From: Bacteroidales bacterium
Lineage (GTDB): Bacteria > Bacteroidota > Bacteroidia > Bacteroidales > WCHB1-69
Assembly (NCBI GenBank): GCA_031286285.1
Contig: JAITUN010000325.1
Span: forward strand, 1-61,123
DNA length: 61,123 bases
Reading direction: 5' to 3'
The notes beneath the pieces were generated by a model. The model had not been told where the DNA came from and did not search any database. It saw nothing but the letters and a program-made list of their open reading frames with translations. Below are positions 18,136 to 28,605 of this stretch, piece after piece. Each line of letters opens with the position of its first letter. Position 1 is the stretch's first letter. The position numbers and the translations under genes are program-made.

Positions 18136-20379
18136 TTAATTTCTATGCGGGCGATGGTTATGTCCTCCTCTATGCTCTCCTCTATTTTCTCCTCTATACT
18201 CTCCTCTTTGAGGGCGTTCTCCTCTTTGAGGTCTTTCTCTTGGGGGCGCGTCAACCCAGCCTTCCGGTTTAGGCAACAAGGCTTTATGCGAGAGTTTATA
18301 TTTTCCTTTATCATCAATAGCCACGAGTTTAACTTTAATCTCATCTCCTTCTTTCAATACATCTGTTACATTTTCAATGCGTTTATATGCAATTTCAGAA
18401 ACGTGCAGCAATCCGTCTGTATTGGGCAAAAATTCAACAAAAGCTCCAAAAGCCTGAATATTTTTTACTACGCCGTCATACACTTCGCCCACTTCGGGAA
18501 CTGTAGTGATTAACTTAATTTTTGCGATAGCGCGTTTAATGTCCTCCAAATTAGCAGCTGCTACATCCACATAACCCATACCATCTTTCTCTTCAATGTT
18601 GATCACAGTGTTGGTTTCTCGTTGCATCTCCTGAATAATTTTTCCGGCAGGTCCTATCACAGCGCCGATAAAATCTTTCGGTATTATTATTTGCACGATA
18701 CGCGGCACAAATGGTTTGTAATCTTCTCGTGATTCCGGCATCGCTTCGTTGATTTTATCCAAAATATGCAACCTGCCTTTTCTTGCCTGTTCCAACGCTT
18801 CCGCCATAATTTCAGAAGATAATCCGTTTATTTTAATATCCATTTGGCAAGCGGTAATACCGTCTTTAGTTCCGCACACCTTAAAGTCCATATCTCCTAA
18901 GTGGTCTTCATCGCCCAAAATATCTGACAGGATGGCGTATTTTCCGGTTTTTTCATCTGTAATTAACCCCATGGCAATTCCTGACACCGGTTTTAGGATC
19001 TTAACACCACAATCTAACAATGCTAATGTTCCTGCACAAACAGTTGCCATTGAGGAGCTTCCGTTTGATTCTAAAATGTCGGAAACAATTCGTACAGTAT
19101 AAGGAAAATCGGGGCTGTCAAACGGAATCATCGGTTTTAATGCTCGGTGTGCCAAGTTTCCGTGTCCAATTTCGCGGCGTCCGGCGCTTCCTACTCTTTT
19201 CACTTCGCCTACCGAAAACGGCGGGAAGTTGTAGTGCAGAATAAAACGGCTGGATCCTTCAATTACGGCGCCATCAATCGTCTGTTCATCCAATTTTGTT
19301 CCTAACGTGCAAGTAGTTAGCGATTGAGTTTCGCCTCTTGTGAAAATGGCAGAGCCGTGCGCGGAGGGTAGATAATCGGTTTCAATCCAAATAGGGCGAA
19401 TCTGATCTAAATCACGACCATCCAAACGGGTTCTGTCGTTCAAAATCATATTTCGCATGGCGTCATATTCAACGTCATGGTAATAACGTTTTACCAATGG
19501 TGTTTTCTCTTCGCGCTCCTCTTCAGGGATTGTTTCCAAAAACTCATTCAAAATCGCTTCAAACGCATCACTTCTTTCATTTTTTGTGGTTTGTGCTTTC
19601 GCAATAGCATATACTTTGTTGTAAGTGGTTTTGTGTACCAACTCGCGCAGCTCTTCGTCATTATTTTCGTGACAATATATTCGTTTTGGGTTTGCTTTCT
19701 CTACCATCGCCGCTAAGTCTAACTGTGCCTGGCACTGAATCTTAATAGCCTCGTGGGCAAAGTTAAGCGCTTCCACCATATCGGCTTCAGAAATCTCTTT
19801 CATTTCTCCTTCTACCATCATGATATTTTCCAATGAGGCTGCCACAATCATATCAATATCACTGTTTTCCATCTCTTGCACCGTGGGGTTAATCACAAGT
19901 CGACCTTCGATTCTACCCACACGTACTTCCGAAATCGGTCCTAAGAAAGGGATGTCGGAAACGGATAATGCGGAGGATGCAGCCAAACAAGCCAGTGCAT
20001 CTGGGAGGTTGTTTTTGTCGCCGGAAATCAGTGTAACCAACACTTGTGTTTCTGCGTGAAAGTCATTTGGGAAAAGGGGTCTGAGCGCTCTGTCCACCAA
20101 CCGAGCAATTAAAATCTCGTATTCTGAAGGTCTGCTTTCTCGTTTAAAGAATCCGCCGGGAAATCGTCCCACCGCAGCGTATTTTTCTTGATATTCTACT
20201 TGTAGCGGCATAAAGTCGGTATTTTCTGCCGCCTCTTTTTTGCAACATACTGTAGCGAGCACCATTGTGTCGCCCATTCTAACTACGGCTGAGCCGTCGG
20301 CTTGTTTTGCCAATTTTCCAGTTTCAATGGTAACTTCTCTTCCGTCACCCAGTTCAAATTTTTTTGTAATTCCAATCAT
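18136..20379 (-). CDS. pnp: Polyribonucleotide nucleotidyltransferase (PNPase)
   Basis: [65 protein letters not shown]; KH and S1 domains. Confidence 0.98.
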   Translation of the reverse strand: MIGITKKFELGDGREVTIETGKLAKQADGSAVVRMGDTMVLATVCCKKEAAENTDFMPLQVEYQEKYAAVGRFPGGFFKRESRPSEYEILIARLVDRALRPLFPNDFHAETQVLVTLISGDKNNLPDALACLAASSALSVSDIPFLGPISEVRVGRIEGRLVINPTVQEMENSDIDMIVAASLENIMMVEGEMKEISEADMVEALNFAHEAIKIQCQAQLDLAAMVEKANPKRIYCHENNDEELRELVHKTTYNKVYAIAKAQTTKNERSDAFEAILNEFLETIPEEEREEKTPLVKRYYHDVEYDAMRNMILNDRTRLDGRDLDQIRPIWIETDYLPSAHGSAIFTRGETQSLTTCTLGTKLDEQTIDGAVIEGSSRFILHYNFPPFSVGEVKRVGSAGRREIGHGNLAHRALKPMIPFDSPDFPYTVRIVSDILESNGSSSMATVCAGTLALLDCGVKILKPVSGIAMGLITDEKTGKYAILSDILGDEDHLGDMDFKVCGTKDGITACQMDIKINGLSSEIMAEALEQARKGRLHILDKINEAMPESREDYKPFVPRIVQIIIPKDFIGAVIGPAGKIIQEMQRETNTVINIEEKDGMGYVDVAAANLEDIKRAIAKIKLITTVPEVGEVYDGVVKNIQAFGAFVEFLPNTDGLLHVSEIAYKRIENVTDVLKEGDEIKVKLVAIDDKGKYKLSHKALLPKPEGWVDAPPRERPQRGERPQRGEYRGENRGEHRGGHNHRPHRN

Positions 20380-20445
20380 CGTTTGTAATTTGTTAAATCA
20401 GTTGAATTTATTTCTTCGTTGTTCTTAAATAGTAATTATTAATGC

Positions 20446-20481
20446 AAAAAAAGGCACTTTCAAAATGAAATGCCTTTTTTT
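20446..20481. terminator. Rho-independent terminator between rpsO and pnp
   Basis: AAAAAAAGGCA-ctttcaaaatgaaa-TGCCTTTTTTT. Confidence 0.8.
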
Positions 20482-20500
20482 GATAATTTTATTGTTTTCA

Positions 20501-20770
20501 TTATTTTCTAATTCCTAACTTCTTGACTATCGCTCTGTAACGTTCAATATCTTGTTGTTTAAGATAGTCTAACATTCTTCTGCGTTTTCCCACCAAATTA
20601 ATAAGTGAACGTTTAGTGGACAGATCTTTTTTATTTTGTTTCAAATGTTCCGTAAGATGCTTTATTCTGTGTGTGAAAAGCGCAACCTGGCTTTCTGCTG
20701 AGCCGGTATCTGCTGCGCCGTTTCCATAATCGGTAAAAATTTGTTGTTTAACTTCAGGTGTCAAATACAT
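20501..20770 (-). CDS. rpsO: 30S ribosomal protein S15
   Basis: DTGSAESQVALFT.RI.HLT.HL, LVGKRRRMLDYL, LGIRK; -7 box at 20817-20824. Confidence 0.98.
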   Translation of the reverse strand: MYLTPEVKQQIFTDYGNGAADTGSAESQVALFTHRIKHLTEHLKQNKKDLSTKRSLINLVGKRRRMLDYLKQQDIERYRAIVKKLGIRK

Positions 20771-21005
20771 GATATTCTTCTTCTTTTGATATTAATACTC
20801 TTTTTTTAACAGTCGGCAAAAATATAAAAAAATCAATATGTTAAAAAATATTATAACAATTTTGATTTTAAATATTTTCTATTTTTGCGAAAATTTTTTG
20901 AACTATGGATTTAGTATTTCTCAAAAGAAAAATATATAAAATTGGAGAGATAAAAGCCATAGTAGAAATTAACAGAAAAGGTGCTACTAATCAATAACCA
21001 CAATT

Positions 21006-21755
21006 GTGATTTTCCGTTTTCTTGAACTTCTTGGCAACTATTTCCTTTTTCTTTGGCGTATCTTTTCAAAGCCGGAAAAATGGAGCGAGTTTTTCAAGAA
21101 ACTCTTAGAAGAGATGTATTCAATGGGGATTGGCTCATTGGTTATTGTGATGATAGTCTCTGTATGTATGGGTAGCGTAATTACACTCCAAACTGCCCTG
21201 CAACAAGCAGGAAGCAGTTGGATTCCCGCTTGGACTATCGGTTATACAGTGAGAACATCCGTAATCTTAGAGTTGTGTCCCACTATTATCAGTTTGTTGT
21301 TGGTTGGTAATCTTGGTTCTCGAATTACAGCAGAAATTGGGAGTATGCGCGTTACAGAACAAATTGATGCTTTAGAAGTTATGGGGATCAACCCTGCTTC
21401 CTATTTAGTACTCCCCAAAATTTCTGCCTCTCTTTTTGTAAATCCGGCATTGATTATTATCAGTATTTGTTTTGCATTGCTAGGAGGATATGTTACGGTG
21501 CTTGCCACGGGATTTATTTCCACTTATGATTATTATGATGGAATAACATACTATTTTTTGATGTCAGATGTAAGGTATGCTTTGACTAAAACCATTATTT
21601 TCGGGTTTGTAATAACTTCAGTGGCAGCATTTTATGGTTATAAGATTGAAGGTGGAGCGCTGGAATTAGGCAGAGCAAGCACTCAAGGTGTTGTAGTTGC
21701 CAGTTTTATTATTTTAATTCTTAATTTATTGATTACTAATATTATGCTAAATTAG
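21006..21755 (+). CDS. mlaE: MlaE-family ABC permease
   Basis: GS.ITAEIGSMRVTEQIDALEVMGINP..YLV.PK, GGA..LG.AST..VV. Confidence 0.92.
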   Translation: MIFRFLELLGNYFLFLWRIFSKPEKWSEFFKKLLEEMYSMGIGSLVIVMIVSVCMGSVITLQTALQQAGSSWIPAWTIGYTVRTSVILELCPTIISLLLVGNLGSRITAEIGSMRVTEQIDALEVMGINPASYLVLPKISASLFVNPALIIISICFALLGGYVTVLATGFISTYDYYDGITYYFLMSDVRYALTKTIIFGFVITSVAAFYGYKIEGGALELGRASTQGVVVASFIILILNLLITNIMLN

Positions 21756-21756
21756 A

Positions 21757-22509
21757 ATGATTATAGTTGAAAAGGTAAACAAGTCTTTCGGGGAAAAACA
21801 GGTATTGCACAATATCAACCTCTCTTTTGAAAAAGGAAAGGTAAATTTGGTCATTGGAAGGTCGGGTTCAGGAAAAACAGTATTAATGAAATGTTTAATC
21901 GGTTTGTTGACCCCTACAGAAGGAGCTATCTACTACAGCAATAAAGATTTTCATCATTTATCTTTTAAAGACCAAAAAATGTTACGCATGGATATGGGGG
22001 TTGTATTTCAAGGATCAGCCTTATTTGATTCATTGTCCATTGAAGAAAATGTGATGTTTCCACTGAATATGCTTACCCATCAAACTTTTCAGGAAAAATT
22101 AGAACGAGTGAATTATTGTCTGCATCGAGTAGATTTATTCAATGTAAATAACTTATATCCATCGGAATTGAGTGGTGGAATGAAAAAGCGTGCTGCTATT
22201 GCGCGCGCTATTGCCATAAACCCTAAATATCTCTTTTGTGATGAGCCTAATTCCGGTTTAGACCCCAAAACATCTCTCATTATTGATGAATTGATTTCAG
22301 GGATTACACACGAATTTGGGATGACTACAGTGGTTAATACACACGACTTAAACTCAGTAATTACTATAGGAGAAACTATATCTTTTATACGTGATGGGTT
22401 ATTAGAATGGCATGGAAATAAAGAAGAAGTGCTTATTTCTAACAATGATAGTCTTAATGATTTTATTTATGCCCAGCCAATTACACAGATGATTAGGAAG
22501 TTTGTTTAA
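21757..22509 (+). CDS. mlaF: MlaF-family ABC ATP-binding protein
   Basis: GRSGSGKT, FQGSALFDS, LSGGMKKR, CDEPNSGLDP. Confidence 0.92.
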   Translation: MIIVEKVNKSFGEKQVLHNINLSFEKGKVNLVIGRSGSGKTVLMKCLIGLLTPTEGAIYYSNKDFHHLSFKDQKMLRMDMGVVFQGSALFDSLSIEENVMFPLNMLTHQTFQEKLERVNYCLHRVDLFNVNNLYPSELSGGMKKRAAIARAIAINPKYLFCDEPNSGLDPKTSLIIDELISGITHEFGMTTVVNTHDLNSVITIGETISFIRDGLLEWHGNKEEVLISNNDSLNDFIYAQPITQMIRKFV

Positions 22510-23242
22510 AAATGACAAAACTTCCCAAACCCCATTTTTGAAGTCTATACTGCATTGAAGTTTTAATTACACCAAGCCCATATTTGATACTTCTATAAAA
22601 ATTAATTGATGAGGCTTCTATAAAATATTTAGTTGGACAAGTTATCTCAGCTATTTCGTAATTCGCATAGAAAATTTGTGCCAACATTTGGTTATCGAAC
22701 ACAAAATCATTAGAGTTTGACAAGAAGTTAACTTTTCGTAACACTTCCGAAGAAAAAGCACGATATCCTGTGTGGTATTCAGCTAACTTTTGATTCATGA
22801 GGATGTTTTGGAACAGTGTCAAAAATCTGTTTGATATGTATTTATATAAAGGCATTCCTCCTTTTTTCGCGCCTTTTCCTAAAATGCGCGAACCTAAAAC
22901 AACAGGATATACACCATTTACAATAATGTATGACATAGCTTCAATTAATTTTGGTGTATATTGATAGTCAGGATGGAGCATTATTACCACATCTGCTTTT
23001 AGTTCTAATGCTTTTTTATAACAACTTTTTTGATTTCCGCCATAACCCAAATTTTTGTTGTGTTCTATAATATGTTTAATACCCAGTTTTTTTGCCACCT
23101 CAATAGTTTCATCTGTCGAATTGTCATCTACCAAAACTACCTCATCTACAATTTCAAAAGGGATTTCATGAAAAGTATTTTCTAATGTTAATGCTGCGTT
23201 GAAAGCAGGCAAAACGACACAAATTTTATTGTTTTTTAGCAT
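22493..23242 (-). CDS. GT2 glycosyltransferase (DPM1/polyprenol-phosphate sugar synthase-like)
   Basis: VVLPAFNA, VDDNSTD, N.GYGGNQK, HPDYQY, GSR, EYHTGYRAF, FVFDNQ. Confidence 0.88.
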   Translation of the reverse strand: MLKNNKICVVLPAFNAALTLENTFHEIPFEIVDEVVLVDDNSTDETIEVAKKLGIKHIIEHNKNLGYGGNQKSCYKKALELKADVVIMLHPDYQYTPKLIEAMSYIIVNGVYPVVLGSRILGKGAKKGGMPLYKYISNRFLTLFQNILMNQKLAEYHTGYRAFSSEVLRKVNFLSNSNDFVFDNQMLAQIFYANYEIAEITCPTKYFIEASSINFYRSIKYGLGVIKTSMQYRLQKWGLGSFVIFKQTS

Positions 23243-23387
23243 ATAATGAAATGAAGTGCAAATTAAGAAATATTATTGATTCATAGCAAAATAAAATAAA
23301 GATTGCTAATTAAATGATTTAATTACTTAAAAAAGAAAAATCATGTATTTTCGCAAATATTTTTTATTTATAAAAATGTGTTATTAT

Positions 23388-24797
23388 ATGATAAGAGGAG
23401 AACATATCATTTATGAATTTTTTGAAAAAAAAGCTACAAAACGTGACAAATGGAGACGCCGTAATCGTTTTTACCATAAAGTTATTGAGAAACAATACTC
23501 ATTTATAATACCCAAAGGTTCAATAGTATTGGAATTAGGATGTTCTACCGGTGATTTGCTCAATGCTGTAAAACCTTCTAAAGGAATTGGAGTCGATTTC
23601 TCACAAAATGCACTTGATATAGCTCAAAAAAAGTATCCCCACCTCCAATTTGTTCATGCTAATGTACTTGATTTTGTTCTCGAAGAATCTGTTGATTATG
23701 TTATTGTTTCCGACTTACTTACTTCCTTGTGGGACGTACAGTCTTTCTTTAAACGACTAAAAGAATATGTTACTCCCAATACAAAAATTATTATCTCTAG
23801 TTACAATTTTATTTGGGAACCCATTTTAAGGTTTGGAGAGTTTTTGAGACTAAAAGATAGACAACCACTTCAAAACTGGTTATCAACACAAGATATTAAG
23901 AATTTACTTTATCTTAATGATTTTGAAATTGTTAAAAATGAAAAAAAACTTCTTTTCCCAAAATTTATACCCATTTTTAATGCTATTGTAAACAAGTTTT
24001 TTGCAAACCTACCCTTAATAAACCGACTAAACCTAATTCAGTTTATCACAGCTCGTCCAATTGCCCCAAGTTCAAAAGAATACTCTGTTTCTATTGTAGT
24101 TCCTGCCCGAAATGAAAAAGGAAATATTGAAAATGCAATAATACGCACACCGAAATTTGGCTCTCATCAGGAGTATATTTTTATTGAAGGTAACTCTTCA
24201 GATGGAACTTATGAAGAGATACTTCGTGTGCAAAAAGCATATCCTGAAATAGATATAAAAGCCATGAAACAAACAGGAAAAGGAAAAGGAAATGCAGTTC
24301 GTGAAGCCTTTAATGAAGCTCACGGTGAAATATTAATGATTTTAGATGCTGACTTGACAACTCCGCCAGAAGATATGCCCAAATTTTACGAAGCATTAAA
24401 AGAAAATAAAGGTGAGTTTATTAATGGCTGTCGATTGGTTTACCCTATGGAAAAAGAAGCCATGCGATTTCTTAATTTGTTGGGAAATAAATTCTTCGGG
24501 TGGTTTTTTTCATTTCTTTTAGGACAAAAACTAAAAGATACTTTGTGCGGAACAAAAGTATTGTTCAAAAAAGATTATGAAAAGATTCTGGCAAACAGAA
24601 GTTATTTTGGTGATTTTGACCCTTTTGGTGATTTCGACCTGTTGTTTGGCGCTGCAAAATTAAACTTAAAAATAACAGAAATCATTGTGAGATACAAGGA
24701 TAGAGAGTATGGATCAACACAGATTAGTCGCTTTGCTCATGGATGGCTGCTTATTAAAATGAGTCTGTTTGCTGCAAGAAAAATTAAATTCAAATAA
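23388..24797 (+). CDS. Class I SAM methyltransferase-like domain fused to GT2
   Basis: VLELGCSTG, GVDFS; then VVPARNE.GNI, GKG.AVR, ILDADLT, DTLCGTK, DPFGDFDLLFGA. Start uncertain (23343/23376/23388). Confidence 0.85.
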   Translation: MIRGEHIIYEFFEKKATKRDKWRRRNRFYHKVIEKQYSFIIPKGSIVLELGCSTGDLLNAVKPSKGIGVDFSQNALDIAQKKYPHLQFVHANVLDFVLEESVDYVIVSDLLTSLWDVQSFFKRLKEYVTPNTKIIISSYNFIWEPILRFGEFLRLKDRQPLQNWLSTQDIKNLLYLNDFEIVKNEKKLLFPKFIPIFNAIVNKFFANLPLINRLNLIQFITARPIAPSSKEYSVSIVVPARNEKGNIENAIIRTPKFGSHQEYIFIEGNSSDGTYEEILRVQKAYPEIDIKAMKQTGKGKGNAVREAFNEAHGEILMILDADLTTPPEDMPKFYEALKENKGEFINGCRLVYPMEKEAMRFLNLLGNKFFGWFFSFLLGQKLKDTLCGTKVLFKKDYEKILANRSYFGDFDPFGDFDLLFGAAKLNLKITEIIVRYKDREYGSTQISRFAHGWLLIKMSLFAARKIKFK

Positions 24798-24806
24798 TAT
24801 TTTTAT

Positions 24807-26582
24807 ATGAAAAAAAATAGATTTTATCCAATTCTTCTGCTCATTCCTCTCTTTATTATTGTTTGGGGAATCTTTTATTTCAACTTATATGACACTTTTT
24901 ACTCACGAAACGTTGATCCGGAATATCCTTATCTTATTAATGGTTTAAACGTTGCATTACTGGAGTTTAATCGTATCGGACATTTTGACCACCCCGGAAC
25001 TCCCTTTCAGGTGTATTGTGGGCTCATTATTCGTATTACTCATCTTTTTACAGGAAAAGATTCAATTGCTCAAGATGTATTCAACCGCCCCGATTATTAT
25101 TTAACCGCAATTAATTATTCATTAGTTATTCTGCAATCTTTATTATGTTTTTTTATTGCGTTTGTAGGACGAAAACGTGAAATAAAAATATGGCAGATCA
25201 TCTTATTGCAATCCGGCGTTTTGTTTAATGTACTGATGTTGACACTATTTAATAGAGTAATTCCCGAAAGATGGTTTATGGTAATCGCTCTTCTTTTTAT
25301 AATTGCTTATTTATTATATGGTTACAAAGACAAACACCCTTTAAAATTTGCTATAGCAAGCGGCGTCATTATGGGAATGGGGTTGGCAACAAAATTCAAT
25401 TTCTTACCTATTTTATTTTTGCCTTTTCTCCTCATTAATTCAAATAAAAACCGTCTTGTTTATGCAGCTACAGGAATAGCTTCATTTTTCCTGTTTCTGT
25501 TGCCTATTATTAAAAAATTTGGTGATTACCGAGATTTTATTAAATCAATTGCTACTCATGACGGAATTTACGGGCAGGGTGCAGAAAGAATGTTTGACCT
25601 CGAGAGACTGAGAACAGGATTTATTCAAGTATTTGAAAGTGCACCCGAACTGATATTTGTTATTTTTGCAATTATAGCAGCTCTTTTTTTTGCAATACTT
25701 TATAGAAAAAAGGAAAAAACTAACAGAGAAATTCTATTTTTTTCAGGATTCCTTTTTATTGTATTATTCCAAATTTTAATGGTTTCAAAACATTTTAAAA
25801 ACACTTATCTGATCCCTTTAATTACATTTTACCCCATATTTTTGTTTCTATTCGACAATTTTATGCATAAAATAGGCACCGGAAAAAAATGGAGCCTTTT
25901 GCCCGCAATTTTGCTATTCATCATTTGTATTGGTTATACCTCAACTCGTTTGATAGAAAATGAAAAATATCGGGAATACTGGATAACTCAAAGGGAATCA
26001 TTAAGAACCTATGTTTCTGAAAATTTACCCAAAAACGCATTATGGTTTGTTGAACCCACATGGGAAAGTGCGCCTTATGTTGAAAATGGAATTGTTTACG
26101 GATTATGTTATTCACATTGCAACAAGAAATATATTTATGAATTAATTCATAAAAATCCAAATATTCTTTCATACAAAGATTCTAAAGTATTAATTTGGCA
26201 AAGATATGAGGTTCTCATTGACAGTCTCGTTGTAACGAATACTCCAATCCATCTCTATTCCTCTCCTGGTCGTAATGCGGAAACGCTTATGGAAATTTTG
26301 GAAAGCGCTGCACAAAGAAATGGTGTCACTTTTACTACAGACACGTTGTTTTCAAACAGTGAGCTAAGATCACACATTATTGTGATGCAGAATAAACAAT
26401 CGGAACAGAATTGGAAAACAGAAAATTACGCTTCTCGCGAAGCCGAAATTCAATATTTCATTAAATCTATTTATGGTACACCCGAATGGTTAGAAGTTGT
26501 AAAGGAGAAAGCCTTGGATCAAAATATTCCCTTAGATTCAATGGTTTTGCTTGATGCAATTTATATGACCGATAATCAATAA
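24807..26582 (+). CDS. Multi-pass membrane glycosyltransferase (GT-C/ArnT-PMT-like) with C-terminal soluble domain
   Basis: About 10 TM segments; luminal DPEYPY...DHPGTP motif; G.GLATK.NF. Confidence 0.65.
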   Translation: MKKNRFYPILLLIPLFIIVWGIFYFNLYDTFYSRNVDPEYPYLINGLNVALLEFNRIGHFDHPGTPFQVYCGLIIRITHLFTGKDSIAQDVFNRPDYYLTAINYSLVILQSLLCFFIAFVGRKREIKIWQIILLQSGVLFNVLMLTLFNRVIPERWFMVIALLFIIAYLLYGYKDKHPLKFAIASGVIMGMGLATKFNFLPILFLPFLLINSNKNRLVYAATGIASFFLFLLPIIKKFGDYRDFIKSIATHDGIYGQGAERMFDLERLRTGFIQVFESAPELIFVIFAIIAALFFAILYRKKEKTNREILFFSGFLFIVLFQILMVSKHFKNTYLIPLITFYPIFLFLFDNFMHKIGTGKKWSLLPAILLFIICIGYTSTRLIENEKYREYWITQRESLRTYVSENLPKNALWFVEPTWESAPYVENGIVYGLCYSHCNKKYIYELIHKNPNILSYKDSKVLIWQRYEVLIDSLVVTNTPIHLYSSPGRNAETLMEILESAAQRNGVTFTTDTLFSNSELRSHIIVMQNKQSEQNWKTENYASREAEIQYFIKSIYGTPEWLEVVKEKALDQNIPLDSMVLLDAIYMTDNQ

Positions 26583-26598
26583 ATTTAATAAATGAGTT

Positions 26599-27657
26599 AT
26601 GAATAATACTAAAGTAGCGCTTATTACCGGCATAAACGGACAAGATGGTTCCTATCTTGCCGAATTTTTATTGGAGAAAGGATACAGAGTTCATGGGATG
26701 TTGCGGCGTGCCTCCTATTTCAATACCGGAAGAATAGAACATCTATACTTTGATGAATGGATTGAAGATATGAAACAGAAACGGAGCTTAGAACTTCACT
26801 ATGGCGATATGACAGATTCCTCATCTATTTTAAGAATCATTCAAACAATTCAACCTGATGAGATCTACAATTTGGCAGCACAATCGCATGTGAAAGTATC
26901 TTTCGATGTTCCTGAATATACGGCAGAAACTGATGCTGTGGGTACTTTACGCATTTTGGAAGCCGTAAGAATTTTGAGTTTGGAAAAGAAAACCCGTATT
27001 TATCAAGCATCTACATCTGAACTTTATGGAAAGGTTTTAGAAACGCCTCAAACGGAAAATACACCGTTTTATCCCCGCTCTCCTTATGGTGTTGCAAAAA
27101 TGTATGCTTTTTGGATTACCAAAAATTACAGAGAGGCTTACAATATTTTTGCAGCAAACGGCATCTTGTTTAATCATGAAAGCGAACGCCGCGGAGAAAC
27201 GTTTGTTACCCGAAAAATCACGCTCGCCGTTGCCCGTATTAAGTATGGCAAACAAAAAAAACTGTATCTCGGAAACCTCAATGCCTTGCGTGATTGGGGC
27301 TATGCAAAAGATTATGTAGAATGTATGTGGCGGATTTTGCAGCATGATACTCCCGAAGATTTTGTGATTGCAACCGGCAAAATGCACTCCGTAAGAGAGT
27401 TCTGCACACTTGCCTTTGCCGAAGCAGGAATTAATTTGCGCTGGGAAGGTAAAAATGAAAAGGAAAAAGGGATTAACATAGATACCAACGAAATTTTGGT
27501 TGAAGTTGATCCCAAATATTATCGCCCTACTGAGGTTGACCAATTGTTGGGTGATCCCTCTAAAGCAAAGAAAATACTGGGTTGGAACCCTACTAAAACC
27601 CCATTTGAAAAATTGGTAAAACTTATGATTCAACATGATTTAAAAAACATTCAATAA
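26599..27657 (+). CDS. gmd: GDP-mannose 4,6-dehydratase
   Basis: [61 protein letters not shown]. Confidence 0.97.
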   Translation: MNNTKVALITGINGQDGSYLAEFLLEKGYRVHGMLRRASYFNTGRIEHLYFDEWIEDMKQKRSLELHYGDMTDSSSILRIIQTIQPDEIYNLAAQSHVKVSFDVPEYTAETDAVGTLRILEAVRILSLEKKTRIYQASTSELYGKVLETPQTENTPFYPRSPYGVAKMYAFWITKNYREAYNIFAANGILFNHESERRGETFVTRKITLAVARIKYGKQKKLYLGNLNALRDWGYAKDYVECMWRILQHDTPEDFVIATGKMHSVREFCTLAFAEAGINLRWEGKNEKEKGINIDTNEILVEVDPKYYRPTEVDQLLGDPSKAKKILGWNPTKTPFEKLVKLMIQHDLKNIQ

Positions 27658-27659
27658 AG

Positions 27660-28589
27660 ATGGAAAAACATTCAAAAATATATGTAGCAGGGCACACCGG
27701 TTTGGTAGGCTCGGCAATTGTGCGCTATTTGCAAAAAAATGGATATAAAAATCTGATTTGCAAAGATATTAAAGATTTAGATTTAAGAAGACAACAACCT
27801 GTTGAAGAGTTTTTTGCCCGCGAACAACCGGATTATGTCTTTCTATCTGCCGCTAAAGTGGGCGGAATCTTGGCAAATAATACCTATCCTGCACAGTTTC
27901 TCTATGATAACTTGATGATAACCACAAACATCATTCATTCTGCATATCTTTATAGTGTAAAAAAACTGTTATTTCTCGGCAGTTCTTGTATCTACCCAAA
28001 AATGGCTACACAACCTATAAAGGAAGGATCACTTTTAACCGGAAGTTTGGAACCTACCAATGAAGCTTACGCTATCGCCAAAATTTCAGGATTGGAGTTG
28101 TGCAAATTTTACCGCAGAGAATACGGCTGTAACTTTATTTCGGCAATGCCTACCAACTTGTATGGAATTAACGACAACTTCGATTTGGAGAACTCTCACG
28201 TTTTGCCGGCAATGATTAGAAAATTTCACGAAGCGAAATTAGCAGGAAAAGAGGAAGTTGTACTATGGGGAACAGGAACACCCATGCGCGAATTTTTATA
28301 TGTGGATGACCTTGCCGATGCCCTGCTGTTTCTCATGCAAAACTATGCAGAAGAGGAACCGATAAATATCGGACCGGGAGTAGATATTACCATTAGTGAA
28401 TTAGCCGACATAGTAAAAGAGATTACAGGATATACCGGAAAAATAGTTTACGATACCACCAAACCTGACGGAACACCGCGAAAATGGTTAGACATTTCCA
28501 AAATATATGATTTGGGTTGGAAATACAAAACAGAATTGGAAGAAGGAATTGGAAAAGTGTATGAATGGTATAAACTTTTTGAAAAATAA
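27660..28589 (+). CDS. fcl: GDP-L-fucose synthase
   Basis: [63 protein letters not shown]. Confidence 0.97.
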   Translation: MEKHSKIYVAGHTGLVGSAIVRYLQKNGYKNLICKDIKDLDLRRQQPVEEFFAREQPDYVFLSAAKVGGILANNTYPAQFLYDNLMITTNIIHSAYLYSVKKLLFLGSSCIYPKMATQPIKEGSLLTGSLEPTNEAYAIAKISGLELCKFYRREYGCNFISAMPTNLYGINDNFDLENSHVLPAMIRKFHEAKLAGKEEVVLWGTGTPMREFLYVDDLADALLFLMQNYAEEEPINIGPGVDITISELADIVKEITGYTGKIVYDTTKPDGTPRKWLDISKIYDLGWKYKTELEEGIGKVYEWYKLFEK

Positions 28590-28605
28590 TAGAATATCAT
28601 TCTCT

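Noticed and set aside
18136-18245. 12/18-bp repeats at the pnp 3' end ([10 protein letters not shown])
   Set aside because: In-frame low-complexity Arg/Gly tail typical of PNPases; the period is a multiple of 3, unlike the 7/8-mer families.
27037-27636. 199-aa antisense ORF, and similar ones such as 2181-2723 and 45825-46541
   Set aside because: Fully opposite well-supported genes and without recognisable motifs.
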